Source of the DNA: the human T2T-CHM13v2.0 reference genome, Homo sapiens
Reading direction: 5' to 3' (one strand)
NCBI RefSeq assembly: GCF_009914755.1
Contig: NC_060933.1
DNA: 64,000 nt
Made by a program: the position numbers and the translations under genes. How positions within the stretch are numbered: the first letter of the stretch is position 1; every line of letters starts with the position of its first letter. This document shows, one piece after another, positions 12,801 to 27,150 of the stretch. The notes below the pieces were generated by a model. It made no database searches. It saw nothing but the letters and a program-made list of their open reading frames with translations, and was not told the DNA's origin.

Positions 12801-14860
12801 ATGGAGAGTAAGGGAGTTGAAAAGAATCAATCCGAATGTAATGGAATGGAATGGAACGGAATGGAATGGAATGGAATGGAATGGAATGGAATGGAATGCA
12901 ATGGAATGGAATCAACCCAAGTACAATGGAATGGAATGGAATGGAATGGAATGGAATGGAATGGAATGGAATGCAATGGAATGGAATCTTCCGGAATGGA
13001 ATGGAATGGAATGGAATGGAATGGAATGGAATGCAATGGATTCAACTCGATTGCAATGGAATGGAATAGAATGGAATGGAATGGAATGGAATGGAATGGA
13101 ATTAAACCGAATAGAATGGAATGGAATGGAATGGAATGGAACAGAACGGAACGGAACGGAACGGAGTGGAAAGGAATGGAATGGAATTGTAAGCAATGGA
13201 ATGGAATGGTACGGAATAGAATGGAATGGAAAGAATTGGAATGGAATGGAATGGAATGGAATGGAATGGAATCAACCCAAGCGCAATGGAATGGAGTGGA
13301 ATGGAATGGAATGGAATGGAACAACCCGAATGGAATGGAATGTAATGGAGAGTAAGGGAGTTGAACAGAATCAATCCGAATGTAATGGAATGGAACGGAA
13401 TGGAATGGAATGGAATGGAATGGAATGGAATGGAATGGAATGCAATGGAATGGAATCAACCCGAGTACAACGGAACGGAATGTAATGTAATGTAATGTAA
13501 TGGAATGGAACGGAATGGAATGGAATTGAATCAACCCGAGTGCAATGGAATGGAGAGGAATGGAATGGAATGGAATGGAAACTACCCGAATGGAATGGAA
13601 TGTAATGGAGTGTAAGGGAATTGAATAGAATCAATCCGAATGGAATGGAATGGAATAGAACGGAATGTAATGTAATGGAATGGAATGGAATCAACCCGAG
13701 TGCAGGGGAATGGAATGGAATGGAATGCAATGGAATGGAATCATCCGGAATGGAATGGAATGGAATGCAATGGAATGGAATGTAATGGAATCAACCCGAG
13801 AGCAATGGAATGGAGTGAAATGGAATGGAATGGAATGGAGACAATCAAAATGGATTGGAATATAATGGAGTGTAAGGGAATTGAATAGAATCAATCTGAA
13901 TGTAATGAAATGGAATGGAACGGAATGGAATGGAATGGAACGGAATGGAATGGAATGGAATGCAATGGAATGGAATCAACCCGAGTGCAATCGAATGGAA
14001 TCGAATGGAATGGAATGCAATGGAATGGATTCAACTTGAATGGAATGGAAAGAATGGAATCAACACGAGTGGAATGGCATGGATTGGAATGGAATGGAAT
14101 GGAATCAACCCGAGTATAGGGGAATGGAATGGAATGGAATGCAATGGAATGGAATCATCCGTAATGGAATGGAAAGGAATGGAATGGAATGGAATGGAAT
14201 GGAATGGAATGGAATCAACTCGATTGCAATCGAATGGAATGGAATGGAATTAACCCGAATAGAATGGAATGGAATGGAATGGAACGGAACGGAATGGAAT
14301 GGAATGGAATGGAATGGAATGGAATGGAGTGGAACGGAAAGGAAGGGAATGGAATGGAATGGAATGGAATGGAATGGAATCAACCCGAGTGCAATGGAAT
14401 GGAGTGGAATGGAATGGAATGGAATGGAACAACCCGAATGGAATGGAATGTAATGGAGAGTAAGGGAGTTGAATAGAATCAATCCGAATGTAATGGAATG
14501 GAATGGAACGCAATGGAATTGAATGGAATGGAATGGAATGCAATGGATTGGAATCAACCCGAGTGCAATGGAATGGAGAGGAATGGAATGGAATGGAATG
14601 GAAACTACCCGAATGGAATGGAATGTAATGGAGTGTAAGGGAATTGAATAGAATCAATCCGAATGTAATGGAATGGTATGGAACGGAATGGAATGGAATG
14701 GAATGGAATGGAATGGAATGGAATGCAATGGAATGGAATCAACCCGAGTGCAATCGAATGGAATCGAATGGAATGGAATGCAATGGAATGGATTCAACTT
14801 GAATGGAATGGAAAGAATGGAATCAACACGAGTGGAATGGCATGGATTGGAATGGAATGG
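6850..14860 (+). repeat. Tandem duplication of a ~4.0-kb unit (copy 1 ~6850-10850, copy 2 ~10850-14860)
   Basis: Private variants CAACCGTAA, ATCAAATCGA (6981/10984), CCCGGATAG, CCGAAAATAA, GTGCTGGG and CCGTTATG recur at offsets 4003-4013. ORF pairs 7272/11275, 8635/12643, 9902/13910. Confidence 0.93.
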
Positions 14861-17800
14861 AATGGAATCAACCCGAGTACAGGGGAATGGAATGGAATGG
14901 AATGCAATGGAATGGAATCATCCGTAATGGAATGGAAAGGAATGGAATGGAATGGAATGGAATGGAATGGAATGGAATCAACTCGATTGCAATCGAATGG
15001 AATGGAATGGAATTAACCCGAATAGAATGGAATGGTACGGAACGGAATGGAATGGAATGGAATGGAATGGAATGGAATGGAATGGAATGGAATGGAATGG
15101 AATCAACGCGAGTGCAGGGGAATGGAATGGAATGGAATGCAATGGAATGGAGTCTTCCGGAATGGAATGGAATGGAATGGAATTGAATGAAATGCAATGG
15201 ATTCAACTCGATTGCAATGGAATGGAATAGAATGGAATGGAATGGAATGGAATGGAATTAATTCGAATAGAATGGAATGGAATGGAATGGAACGGAATGG
15301 AACGGAATGGAATGGAATGGAATGGAATGGAATGGTATGGAATTGAATGGAATGGAATGGTACGGAATAGAATGGAATGGAACGAATTGTAATGGAATGG
15401 AATTGAATGGAATGGAATGGAATGGAATGGAATCAACGCGAGTGCAGGGGAATGTAATGGAACGGAATGCAATGGAACGGAATCATCCGGAATGGAATGG
15501 AATGGAATGGAATGGAATGGAATGGAATGGAATCAACCCGAGTGCAATGGAATGGAGTGGAATGGAATGGAATGGAATGGAACAACCCGAATGGAATGGA
15601 ATGTAATGGAGAGTAAGGGAGTTGAATAGAATCAATCCGAATGTAATGGAATGGAATGCAACAGAATGGAATGGAATGGAATGGAATGGAATGCAATGGA
15701 ATTGAATCAACCCGAGTACAATGGAATGGAATGGAATGGAATGGAATGGAATGGAATGGAATGATACGGAATAGAATGGAATGGAACGAAATGGAATGGA
15801 ATGGAATGGAATGGAATGGAATGGAGTGGAATGGAATGGAATCGTTCCGAGTGGAATAGGAGGGAATGTATTCGAGTGGAATGGAAAGGAATGGAATCAA
15901 CCAGAGTGGAATGGAAGGGAATGGAATGGAATGGAAACTAATAGAATGGAATCAACCCGAGAGGAATGGAATGGAAAGGACTGGAATGGAATGGAAGGGA
16001 ATGGAATTAACTCGATTGTAATGGAATGGAATGGAATGGAATGGAATTAACGCGAATACAATGCAATGGAATGGAATGGAACGGAATGGAGTGGAATGGA
16101 ATGGAATCAACCCGAGTGCAGGGGAATGGAATGGAATGGAATGCAATGGAATGGAATCATCCGGAATGGAATGGAATAGAACGGAATGCAAAGCAATGGA
16201 TTCAACTCGATTGCAATGGAATGGAATGGAATGGGAAGGAATACATTGGAATCAACCCGAGTGGAATGGAATGGAAAGGACTGGAATGGAGTGGAATGGA
16301 ATGGAATGGAATGGAATGGAATCAACTCGATTGGAATGGAATGGAATGGAAAGGAATGGAATGGAATGGAATTAACCCGAATAGAATGGAATGGAATGGA
16401 ATGGAACGGAACGGAATGGAATGGAATGGAATGGAAACAACCAGACTGCAGGGGAATGGAATGGAATGGAATGCAATGGAATGGATTCAACTTGAATGGA
16501 ATGGAAAGAATGGAATCAACACGAGTGGAATGGCATGGATAGGAATGGAATGGAATGGAATCAACCCGAGTACAGGGGAATGGAATGGAATGGAATGCAA
16601 TGGAATGGAATCATCCGTAATGGAATGGAAAGGAATGGAATGGAATGGAATGGAATGGAATGGAATCAACTCGATTGCAATCGAATGGAATGGAATGGAA
16701 TTAAACCGAATAGAATGGAATGGAATGGAATGGAACGGAACGGAACGGAATGGAATGGATTTGAATGGAATGGAATGGAATGTAATGGAACGGAAAGGAA
16801 TGGAATGGAATGGAATGGAATGGAATGGAATGGAATGGAATAGAATGGAATGGAATGGAATGGAATCAACGCGAGTGCAGGGGAATGGAATGGAATGGAA
16901 TGCAATGGAATGGAATGCAATGGAATGGAATGGAATGGAATGGAATGGAATGGAATGGAATGGAAGGGAATCAACCCGAGTGCAATGGAATGGAGTGGAA
17001 TGGAATGGAATGGAATGGAACAACCCGAATGGAATGGAATGTAATGGAGAGTAAGGGAGTTGAATAGAATCAATCCGAATTTAATGGAATGGAATGGAAC
17101 GGAATGGAATTGAATGGAATGGAATGGAATGCAATGGAATGGAATCAACCCGAGTGCAATGGAATGGAGAGGAATGGAATGGAATGGAATGGAAACTACC
17201 CGAATGGAATGGAATGTAATGGAGTGTAAGGGAATTGAATACAATCAATCCGAAAGTAATGGAATGGAACGGAATGGAATGGAATGGAATGGAATGGAAT
17301 GGAATGGAATGCAATGGAATGGAATCAACCCGAGTGCAATCGAATGGAATCGAATGGAATGGAATGCAATGGAATGGATTCAACTTGAATGGAATGGAAA
17401 GAATGGAATCAACACGAGTGGAATGGCATGGATTGGAATGGAATGGAATGGAATCAACCCGAGTACAGGGGAATGGAATGGAATGGAATGCAATGGAATG
17501 GAATCATCCGTAATGGAATGGAAAGGAATGGAATGGAATGGAATGGAATGGAATGGAATCAACTCGATTGCAATCGAATGGAATGGAATGGAATTAACCC
17601 GAATAGAATGGAATGGAATGGAATGGAACGGAACGGAATGGAATGGAATGGAATGGAATGGAATGGAACGGAACGGAATGGAATGGAATGGAATGGAATG
17701 GAATGGAATCAACGCGAGTGCAGGGGAATGGAATGGAATGGAATGCAATGGAATGGAATCTTCCGGAATGGAATGGAATGGAATGGAATGGAATGAAATG

Positions 17801-18140
17801 CAATGGATTCAACTCGATTGCAATGGAATGGAATAGAATGGAATGGAATGGAATGGAATGGAATTAATCCGAATAGAATGGAATGGAATGGAATGGAACG
17901 GAATGGAACGGAATGGACTGGAATGGAATGGAATGGAATGGTATGGAATGGAATGGAATGGTACGGAATAGAATGGAATGGAACGAATTGTAATGGAATG
18001 GAATTGAATGGAATGGAATGGAATGGAATGGAATCAACGCGAGTGCAGGGGAATGTAATGGAACGGAATGCAATGGAATGGAATCATCCGGAATGGAATG
18101 GAATGGAATGGAATGGAATGGAATCAACCCGAGTGCAATG
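14740..18140 (+). repeat. ~3.4-kb segment paralogous to ~39640-43040 (offset ~24.9 kb), partly also to ~45100-46700
   Basis: Shared GGAGTCTTCCGG, GCAACAGAAT, ATGGGAAGGAATACATT (16231/41132/46578), CAACCAGACTGC and CCGAAAGTAAT. ORF pair 16107/41008. Confidence 0.85.
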
Positions 18141-18179
18141 GAATGGAGTGGAATGGAATGGAATGGAATGGAATGGAAT

Positions 18180-18930
18180 GGAATCAACTCGATTGCAATC
18201 GAATGGAATGGAATGGAATTAACCCGAATAGAATGGAATGGAATGGAATGGAACGGAACGGAATGGAATGGAATGGAATAGAATGGAATGGAACGGAACG
18301 GAACGGAATGGATGGAATGGAATGGAATGGAATGGAATGGAATCAACGCGAGTGCAGGGGAATGGAATGGAATGGAATGCAATGGAATGGAATCTTCCGG
18401 AATGGAATGGAATGGAATGGAATGAAATGCAATGGATTCAACTCGATTGCAATGCAATGGAATAGAATGGAATGGAATGGAATGGAATGGAATGGAATTA
18501 ACCCGAATAGAATGGAATGGAATGGAATGGAACGGAATGGAACGGAATGGAATGGAATGGAATGGAATGGTATGGTATGGAATGGAATGGAATGGTACAG
18601 AATAGAATGGAATGGAACGAATTGTAATGGAATGGAATTGAATGGAATGGAATGGAATGGAATGGAATCAACGCGAGTGCAGGGGAATGTAATGGAACGG
18701 AATGCAATCGAATGGAATCATCCGGAATGGAATGGAATGGAATGGAATGGAATGGAATTAATCTGAATAGAATGGAATGGAATGGAATGGAACAGAATGG
18801 AACGGAATGGAATGGAATGGAATGGAATGGAATGGAATGTTATGGAATGGAACGGAATGCTACGGAATAGAATGTTATGGAACGAATTGTAATGGAATGG
18901 AATTGAATGGAATGGAATGGAATGGAATGG
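18180..18930 (+). repeat. ~0.75-kb block repeated at offset 1976 (~20155-20910), again at ~28270-29020 and partly at ~32620-33000
   Basis: GTTAT/GCTAC variant cluster at 18839, 20815, 28930, 32908. The GGATGG 1-bp deletion is at ~18310, ~20286, ~28401. Confidence 0.9.
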
Positions 18931-18934
18931 AATG

Positions 18935-21900
18935 GAATCAACTCGATTGCAATCGAATGGAATGGAATGGAATTAACCCGAATAGAATGGAATGGAATGG
19001 AATGGAACGGAACGGAATGGAATGGAATGGAATGGAACGGTACGGAATGGAATGAGATGGAATGGAATGGAATGGAATCAACGTGAGTGCAGGGGAATGG
19101 AATGGAATTAAATGCAATGGAATGGATTCAACTTGAATGGAATGGAAAGAATGGAATCAACACGAGTGGAATGGCATGGATTGGAATGGAATGGAATGGA
19201 ATCAACCCGAGTACATGGGAATGGAATGGAATGGAATGCAATGGAATGGAATCATCCGTAATGGAATGGAAAGGAATGGAATGGAATGGAATGGAATGGA
19301 ATAGAATGGAATGGAATCAACTCGATTGCAATCGAATGGAATGGAATGGAATTAACCCGAATAGAATGGAATGGAATGGAATGGAACGGAACGGAACGGA
19401 ATGGAATGGATTGGAATGGAATGGAATGGAATGGAATGGAACGGAAAGGAATGGAATGGAATGGAATGGAATGGAATGGAATCAACGCGAGTTCAGGGGA
19501 ATGGAATGGAATGGAATGCAATGGAATGGAATCTTCCGGAATGGAATGGAATGGAATGGAATGGAATGGAATGGAATGGAATAAACCCGAGTGCAATGGA
19601 ATGGAGTGGAATGGAATGGAATGGAATGGAACAACCCGAATGGAATGGAATGTAATGGAGAGTAAGGGAGTTGAATAGAATCAATCCGAATGTAATGGAA
19701 AGGAATGGAACGGAATGGAATTGAATGGAATGGAATGGAATGGAATCAACCCGAGTGCAATGGAATGGAGAGGAATGGAATGGAATGGAATGGAAACTAC
19801 CCGAATGGAATGGAATGTAATGGAGTGTAAGGGAATTGAATAGAATCAATCCGAATGTAATGGAATGGAATGGAACGGAATGGAATGGGATGGAATGGAA
19901 TGGAATGGAATGGAATGCAACGGAATGGAATCAACCCGAGTGCAATCGAATGGAATCCAATGGAATGGAATGCAATGGAATGGATTCAACTTGAATGGAA
20001 TGGAAAGAATGGAATCAACACGAGTGGAAGGACAAGAATTGGAATGGAATGGAATGGAATCAACCCGAGTACAGGGGAATGGAATGGAATGGAATGCAAT
20101 GGAATGGAATCATCCGAAATGGAATGGAAAGGAATGGAATGGAATGGAATGGAATGGAATCAACTCGATTGCAATCGAATGGAATGGAATGGAATTAACC
20201 CGAATAGAATGGAATGGAATGGAATGGAACGGAACGGAATGGAATGGAATGGAATAGAATGGAATGGAACGGAACGGAACGGAATGGATGGAATGGAATG
20301 GAATGGAATGGAATGGAATCAACGCGAGTGCAGGGGAATGGAATGGAATGGAATGCAATGGAATGGAATCTTCCGGAATGGAATGGAATGGAATGGAATG
20401 AAATGCAATGGATTCAACTCGATTGCAATGCAATGGAATAGAATGGAATGGAATGGAATGGAATGGAATGGAATTAACCCGAATAGAATGGAATGGAATG
20501 GAATGGAACGGAATGGAACGGAATGGAATGGAATGGAATGGAATGGTATGGTATGGAATGGAATGGAATGGTACAGAATAGAATGGAATGGAACGAATTG
20601 TAATGGAATGGAATTGAATGGAATGGAATGGAATGGAATGGAATCAACGCGAGTGCAGGGGAATGTAATGGAACGGAATGCAATCGAATGGAATCATCCG
20701 GAATGGAATGGAATGGAATGGAATGGAATGGAATTAATCTGAATAGAATGGAATGGAATGGAATGGAACAGAATGGAACGGAATGGAATGGAATGGAATG
20801 GAATGGAATGGAATGTTATGGAATGGAACGGAATGCTACGGAATAGAATGTTATGGAACGAATTGTAATGGAATGGAATTGAATGGAATGGAATGGAATG
20901 GAATGGAATGGAATCAACCCGACTGCAGGGGAATGGAATGGAATGGAATGCAATGGAATGGATTCAACTTGAATAGAATGGAAAGAATGGAATCAACACG
21001 AGTGGAATGGCATGGATTGGAATGGAATGGAATGGAATCAACCCGAGTACAGGGGAATGGAATGGAATGGAATGCAATGGAATGGAATCATCCGTAATGA
21101 AATGGAAAGGAATGGAATGGAATGGAATGGAATGGAATGGAATGGAATGGAATCAACTCGATTGCAATCGAATGGAATGGAATGGAATTAACCCGAATAG
21201 AATGGAATGGAATGGAATGGAACGGAACGGAACGGAATGGAATGGAATGGAATGGAATGGAACGGAAAGGAATGGAATGAAATGGAATGGAATGGAATGG
21301 AATGGAATCAAAGCGAGTGCAGGGGAATGGAATGGAATGGAATGCAATGGAATGGAATCTTCCGGAATGGAACGGAATGGAATGGAATGGAATGGAATGG
21401 AATGGAATGGAATAAACCCGAGTGCAATGGAATGGAGTGGAATGGAATGGAATGGAATGGAACAACCCGAATGGAATGGAATGTAATGGAGAGTAAGGGA
21501 GTTGAATAGAATCAATCCGAATGTAATGGAATGGAATGGAACGGAATGGAATTGAATGGAATGGAATGGAACGCAATGGAATGGAATCAACCCGAGTTCA
21601 ATGGAATGGAGAGGAATGGAATGGAATTTAATGGAAACTACCCGAATGGAATGGAATGTAATGGAGTGTAAGGGAATTGAATAGAATCAATCCGAATGTA
21701 ATGGAATGGAATGAAAAGGAATGGAATGGAATGGAATGGAATGGATTGGAATGGAATTGAACGGAATGGAATGGAATGGAATGGAATGGATTGGAATGGA
21801 ATGGAATGCAATGGAATGGAATCAACCCGAGTGCAATCGAATGGAATCGAATGGAAAAGAATGCAATGGAATGGATTCAACTTGAATGGAATGGAAAGAA

Positions 21901-23230
21901 TGGAATCAACACGAGTGGAATGGCATGGATTGGAATGGAATGGAATGGAATCAACCCGAGTACAGGGGAATGGAATGGAATGGAATGCAATGGAATGGAA
22001 TCATCCGTAATGGAATGGAAAGGAATGGAATTGAATGGAATGGAATGGAATGGAATGGAATGGAATCAACTCGATTGCAATCGAATGGAATGGAATGGAA
22101 TTAACCCGAATAGAATGGAATGGAATGGAATGGAATGGAACGGAACGGAATGGAATGGAATGGAATGGAATGGAATGGAACGGAAAGGAAGGGAATGGAA
22201 TGGAATAGAATGGAATGGAATGGAATCAACGCGAGTGCAGGGGAATGGAATGGAATGGAATGCAATGGAATGGAATCTTCCGGAATGGAATGGAATGGAA
22301 TGGAATGGAATCAACCCGAGTGCAATGGAATGGAGTGGAATGGAATGGAATGGAATGGAACAACCCGAATGGAATGGAATGTAATGGAGAGTAAGGGAGT
22401 TGAATAGAATCAATCCGAATGTAATGGAATGGAATGGAACGGAATGGAATTGAATGGAATGGAATGGAATGCAATGGAATGGAATCAACCCGAGTGCAAT
22501 GGAATGGAGAGGAATGGAATGGAATTGAATGGAAACTACCCGAATGGAATGGAATGTAATGGAGTGTAAGGGAATTGAATAGAATCAATTCGAATGTAAT
22601 GGAATGGAATGGAATGGAATGGAATGGAATGGAATGGAATAGAATGGAATGGAATGCAATGGAATGGAATCAACCCGAGTGCAATCGAATGGAATCGAAT
22701 GGAATGGAATGCAATGGAATGGATTCAACTTGAATGGAATGGAAAGAATGGAATCAACACGAGTGGAATGGCATGGATTGGAATGGAATGGAATGGAATC
22801 AACCCGAGTACAGGGGAATGGAATGGAATGGAATGCAATGGAATGGAATCATCCGTAATGGAATGGAAAGGAATGGAATGGAATGGAATGGAATGGAATG
22901 GAATCAACTCGATTGCAATCGAATGGAATGGAATGGAATTAACCCGAATAGAATGGAATGGAATGGAATGGAACGGAACGGAATGGAATGGAATGGAATA
23001 GAATGGAATGGAACGGAACGGAACGGAATGGAATGGAATGGAATGGAATGGAATGGAATCAACGCGAGTGCAGGGGAATGGAATGGAATGGAATGCAATG
23101 GAATGGAATCTTCCGGAATGGAATGGAATGGAATGGAATGGAATGGAATGGAATGGAATGGAATGGAATCAACTCGATTGCAATCGAATGGAATGGAATG
23201 GAATTAACCCGAATAGAATGGAATGGAATG
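18935..23230 (+). repeat. ~4.3-kb segment duplicated at ~27050-31355 (offset 8115-8140)
   Basis: Shared GAGATGG, CAACGTGAGT, GTACATGGG, GGAAGGACAAGAATT, CAAAGCGAGT, GGAAAAGAATGC. ORF pairs 19087/27202, 19870/27985, 21207/29322, 22649/30789. Confidence 0.92.
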
Positions 23231-25609
23231 GAATGGAACGGAACGTAATGGAATGGAAAGGAATGGAATGGAATGGAATGGAATGGAATGGAACGGAACG
23301 GAATGGAATGGAATGGAATGGAATGGAATGGAATCAACTCGAGTGCAGGGGAATGGATTGGAATGGAATGCAATGGAATGGAATCTTCCGGAATGGAATG
23401 GAATGGAATGGAATGGAATGAAATGCAATGGGTTCAACTCGATTGCAATGGAATGGAATAGAATGGAGTGGAATGGAATGGAATGGAATTAATTCGAATA
23501 GAATGGAATGGAATGTAATGGAACGGAATATAACGGAATGGAATGGAATGGAATGGAATGGTATGGAATGGAATGGAATGGTACGGAATAGAATGGAATG
23601 GAACGAATTGTAATGGAATGGAATTGAATGGAATGGAATGGAATGGAATGGAATCAACGCGAGTGCAGGGGAATGTAATGGAACGGAATGCAATGGAATG
23701 GAATCATCCGCAATGGAATGGAATGGAATGGAATGGAATGGAATCAACCCGAGTGCAATGGAATGGAGTGGAATGGACTGGAATGGAATGGAACAACCCG
23801 AATGGAATGGAATGTAATGGAGAGTAAGGGAGTTGAATAGAATCAATCCGAATGTAATGGAATGGAATGCAACGGAATGGAATGGAATGGAATGGAATGG
23901 AATGCAATGGAATTGAATCAACCCGAGTACAATGGAATGGAATGGAATGGAATGGAATGGAAGGGAATGGAATGGAATGGAATGATACGGAATAGAATGG
24001 AATGGAACGAAATGGAATGGAATGGAATGGAATGGAATGGAATGGAATGGAATGGAATGGAATCGTTCCGAGTGGAATAGGAGGGAATGTATTCGAGTGG
24101 AATGGAAAGGAATGGAATCAACCAGAGTGGAATGGAAGGGAATGGAATGGAATGGAAACTAATAGAATGGAATCAACCCGAGAGGAATGGAATGGAAAAG
24201 ACTGGAATGGAATGGAATGGAAAGGAATCAACTCGATTGTAATGGAATGGAATGGAATGGAATGGAATTAACCCGAATAGAATGGAATGGAATGGAATGG
24301 AATGGAATGGAATGGAACGAAAAGGAAGGGAATGGAATGGAATAGAATGGAATGGAATGGAATCAACGCGAGTGCAAGGGAATGGAATGGAATGGAATGC
24401 AATGGAATGGAATCTTCCGGAATGGAATGGAATGGAATGGAATGGAATGGAATGGAATGGAATCAACCCGAGTGCAATGGAATGGAGTGGAATGTAATGG
24501 AATGGAATGGAACAACCCGAATGGAATGGAATGTAATGGAGAGTAAGGGAGTTGAATAGAATGAATCCGAATGTAATGGAATGGAATGGAACGGAATGGA
24601 ATCCAATGGAATGGAATGGAATGCAATGGAATGGAATCAACCCGAGTGCAATGGAATGGAGAGGAATGGAATGGAATGGAATGGAAACTACCCGAATGGA
24701 ATGGAATGTAATGGAGTGTAAGGGAATTGAATACAATCAATCCGAAAGTAATGGAATGGAACGGAATGGAATGGAATGGAATGGAATGGAATGGAATGCA
24801 ATGGAATGGAATCAACCCGAGTGCAATCGAATGGAATCGAATGGAATGGAATGCAATGGAATGGATTCAACTTGAATGGAATGGAAAGAATGGAATCAAC
24901 ACGAGTGGAATGGCATGGATTGGAATGGAATGGAATGGAATCAACCCGAGTACAGGGGAATGGAATGGAATGGAATGCAATGGAATGGAATCATCCGTAA
25001 TGGAATGGAAAGGAATGGAATGGAATGGAATGGAATGGAATGGAATGGAATGGAATCAACTCGATTGCAATCGAATGGAATGGAATGGAATTAACCCGAA
25101 TAGAATGGAATGGAATGGAATGGAACGGAACGGAATGGAATGGAATGGAATGGAATGGAATGGAACGGAACGGAATGGAATGGAATGGAATGGAATGGAA
25201 TGGAATCAACGCGAGTGCAGGGGAATGGAATGGAATGGAATGCAATGGAATGGAATCTTCCGGAATGGAATGGAATGGAATGGAATGGAATGAAATGCAA
25301 TGGATTCAACTCGATTGCAATGGAATGGAATGGAATGGAATGGAATGGAATTAATCCGAATAGAATGGAATGGAATGGAATGGAACGGAATGGAACGGAA
25401 TGGACTGGAATGGAATGGAATGGAATGGTATGGAATGGAATGGAATGGTACGGAATAGAATGGAATGGAACGAATTGTAATGGAATGGAATTGAATGGAA
25501 TGGAATGGAATGGAATGGAATCAACGCGAGTGCAGGGGAATGTAATGGAACGGAATGCAATGGAATGGAATCATCCGGAATGGAATGGAATGGAATGGAA
25601 TGGAATGGA

Positions 25610-27150
25610 ATCAACCCGAGTGCAATGGAATGGAGTGGAATGGAATGGAATGGAACAACCCGAATGGAATGGAATGAAATGGAGAGTAAGGGAGTTGAAT
25701 AGAATCAATCCGAATGTAATGGAATGGAATGCAACGGAATGGAATGGAATGGAATGGAATGGAATGCAATGGAATGGAATCAACCCGAGTACAATGGAAT
25801 GGAATGGAATGGAATGGAATGGAATGGAATGGAATGGAATGGAATCGTTCCGAGTGGAATAGGAGGGAATGTATTCGAGTGGAATGGAAAGGAAAGGTAT
25901 CAACCAGAGTGGAATGGAAGGGAATGGAATGGAATGGAAACTAATAGAATGGAATCAACCCAAGTGGAATGGAATGGAAAGGACTGGAATGGAATGGAAT
26001 GGAATGGAATCAACTCGATTGTAATGGAATGGAATGGAATGGAATGCAATGGAATGGAATTAACCCGAATACAATGGAATGGAATGGAATGGAACGGAAT
26101 GGAGTGGAATGGAATGGAATCAACCCGAGTGCAGGAGAATGGAATGGAATGGAATGCAATGGAATGGAATCATCTGGAATGGAATGGAAAGGAATGGAAT
26201 GCAAAGCAATGGAATCAACTCGATTGCAATGGAATTAAATGGAATGGAAAGGAATACATTGGAATCAACCCGAGTGGAATGGAATGGAAAGGACTGGAAT
26301 GGAGTGGAATGGAATGGAATGGAATGGAATGGAATCAACTCGATTGGAATGGAATGGAATGGAATGGAATGGAATTAACCCGAATAGAATGGAATGGAAT
26401 GGAATGGAACGGAACGGAATGGAATGGAATGGAATGGAATGGAATGGATTAAACCCGAGTGCAATGGAATGGAGTGCAATGGAATGGAATGGAATGGAAC
26501 AACCCGAATGGAATGGAATGTAATGGAGAGTAAGGGAGTTGAATAGAATCAATCCGAATGTAATGGAATGGAATGGAACGGAATGGAATTGAATGGAATG
26601 GAATGGAATGGAATCAACCCGAGTGCAATGGAATGGAGAGGAATGGAATGGAATGGAATGGAAACTACCCGAATGGAATGGAATGTAATGGAGTGTAACG
26701 GAATTGAATAGAATCAATCCGAATGTAATGGAATGGAATGGAACGGAATGGAATGGAATGGAATGGAATGGAATGGAATCGAATGGAATGGAATGCAATG
26801 GAATGGAATCAACCCGAGTGCAATCGAATGGAATCGAATGGAATGGAATGCAATGGAATGGATTCAACTTGAATTTAATGGAAAGAATGGAATCAACACG
26901 AGTGGAATGCCATGGATTGGAATGCAATGGAATGGAATCAACCCGAGTACAGGGGAATGGAATGGAATGGAATGCAATGGAATGGAATCATCCGTAATGG
27001 AATGGAAAGGAATGGAATGGAATGGAATGGAATGGAATGGAATGGAATGGAATCAACTCGATTGCAATCGAATGGAATGGAATGGAATTAACCCGAATAG
27101 AATGGAATGGAATGGAATGGAACGGAACGGAATGGAATGGAATGGAATGG
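25610..27150 (+). repeat. ~1.5-kb segment paralogous to ~43020-44570 (offset ~17.4 kb)
   Basis: Shared GGTATCAACCAGAGT, CAACCCAAGTGG, GCAGGAGAAT, GTGTAACGGAATT, GGAATGCCATGGATT. ORF pairs 26010/43434 and 26120/43544. Confidence 0.87.
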
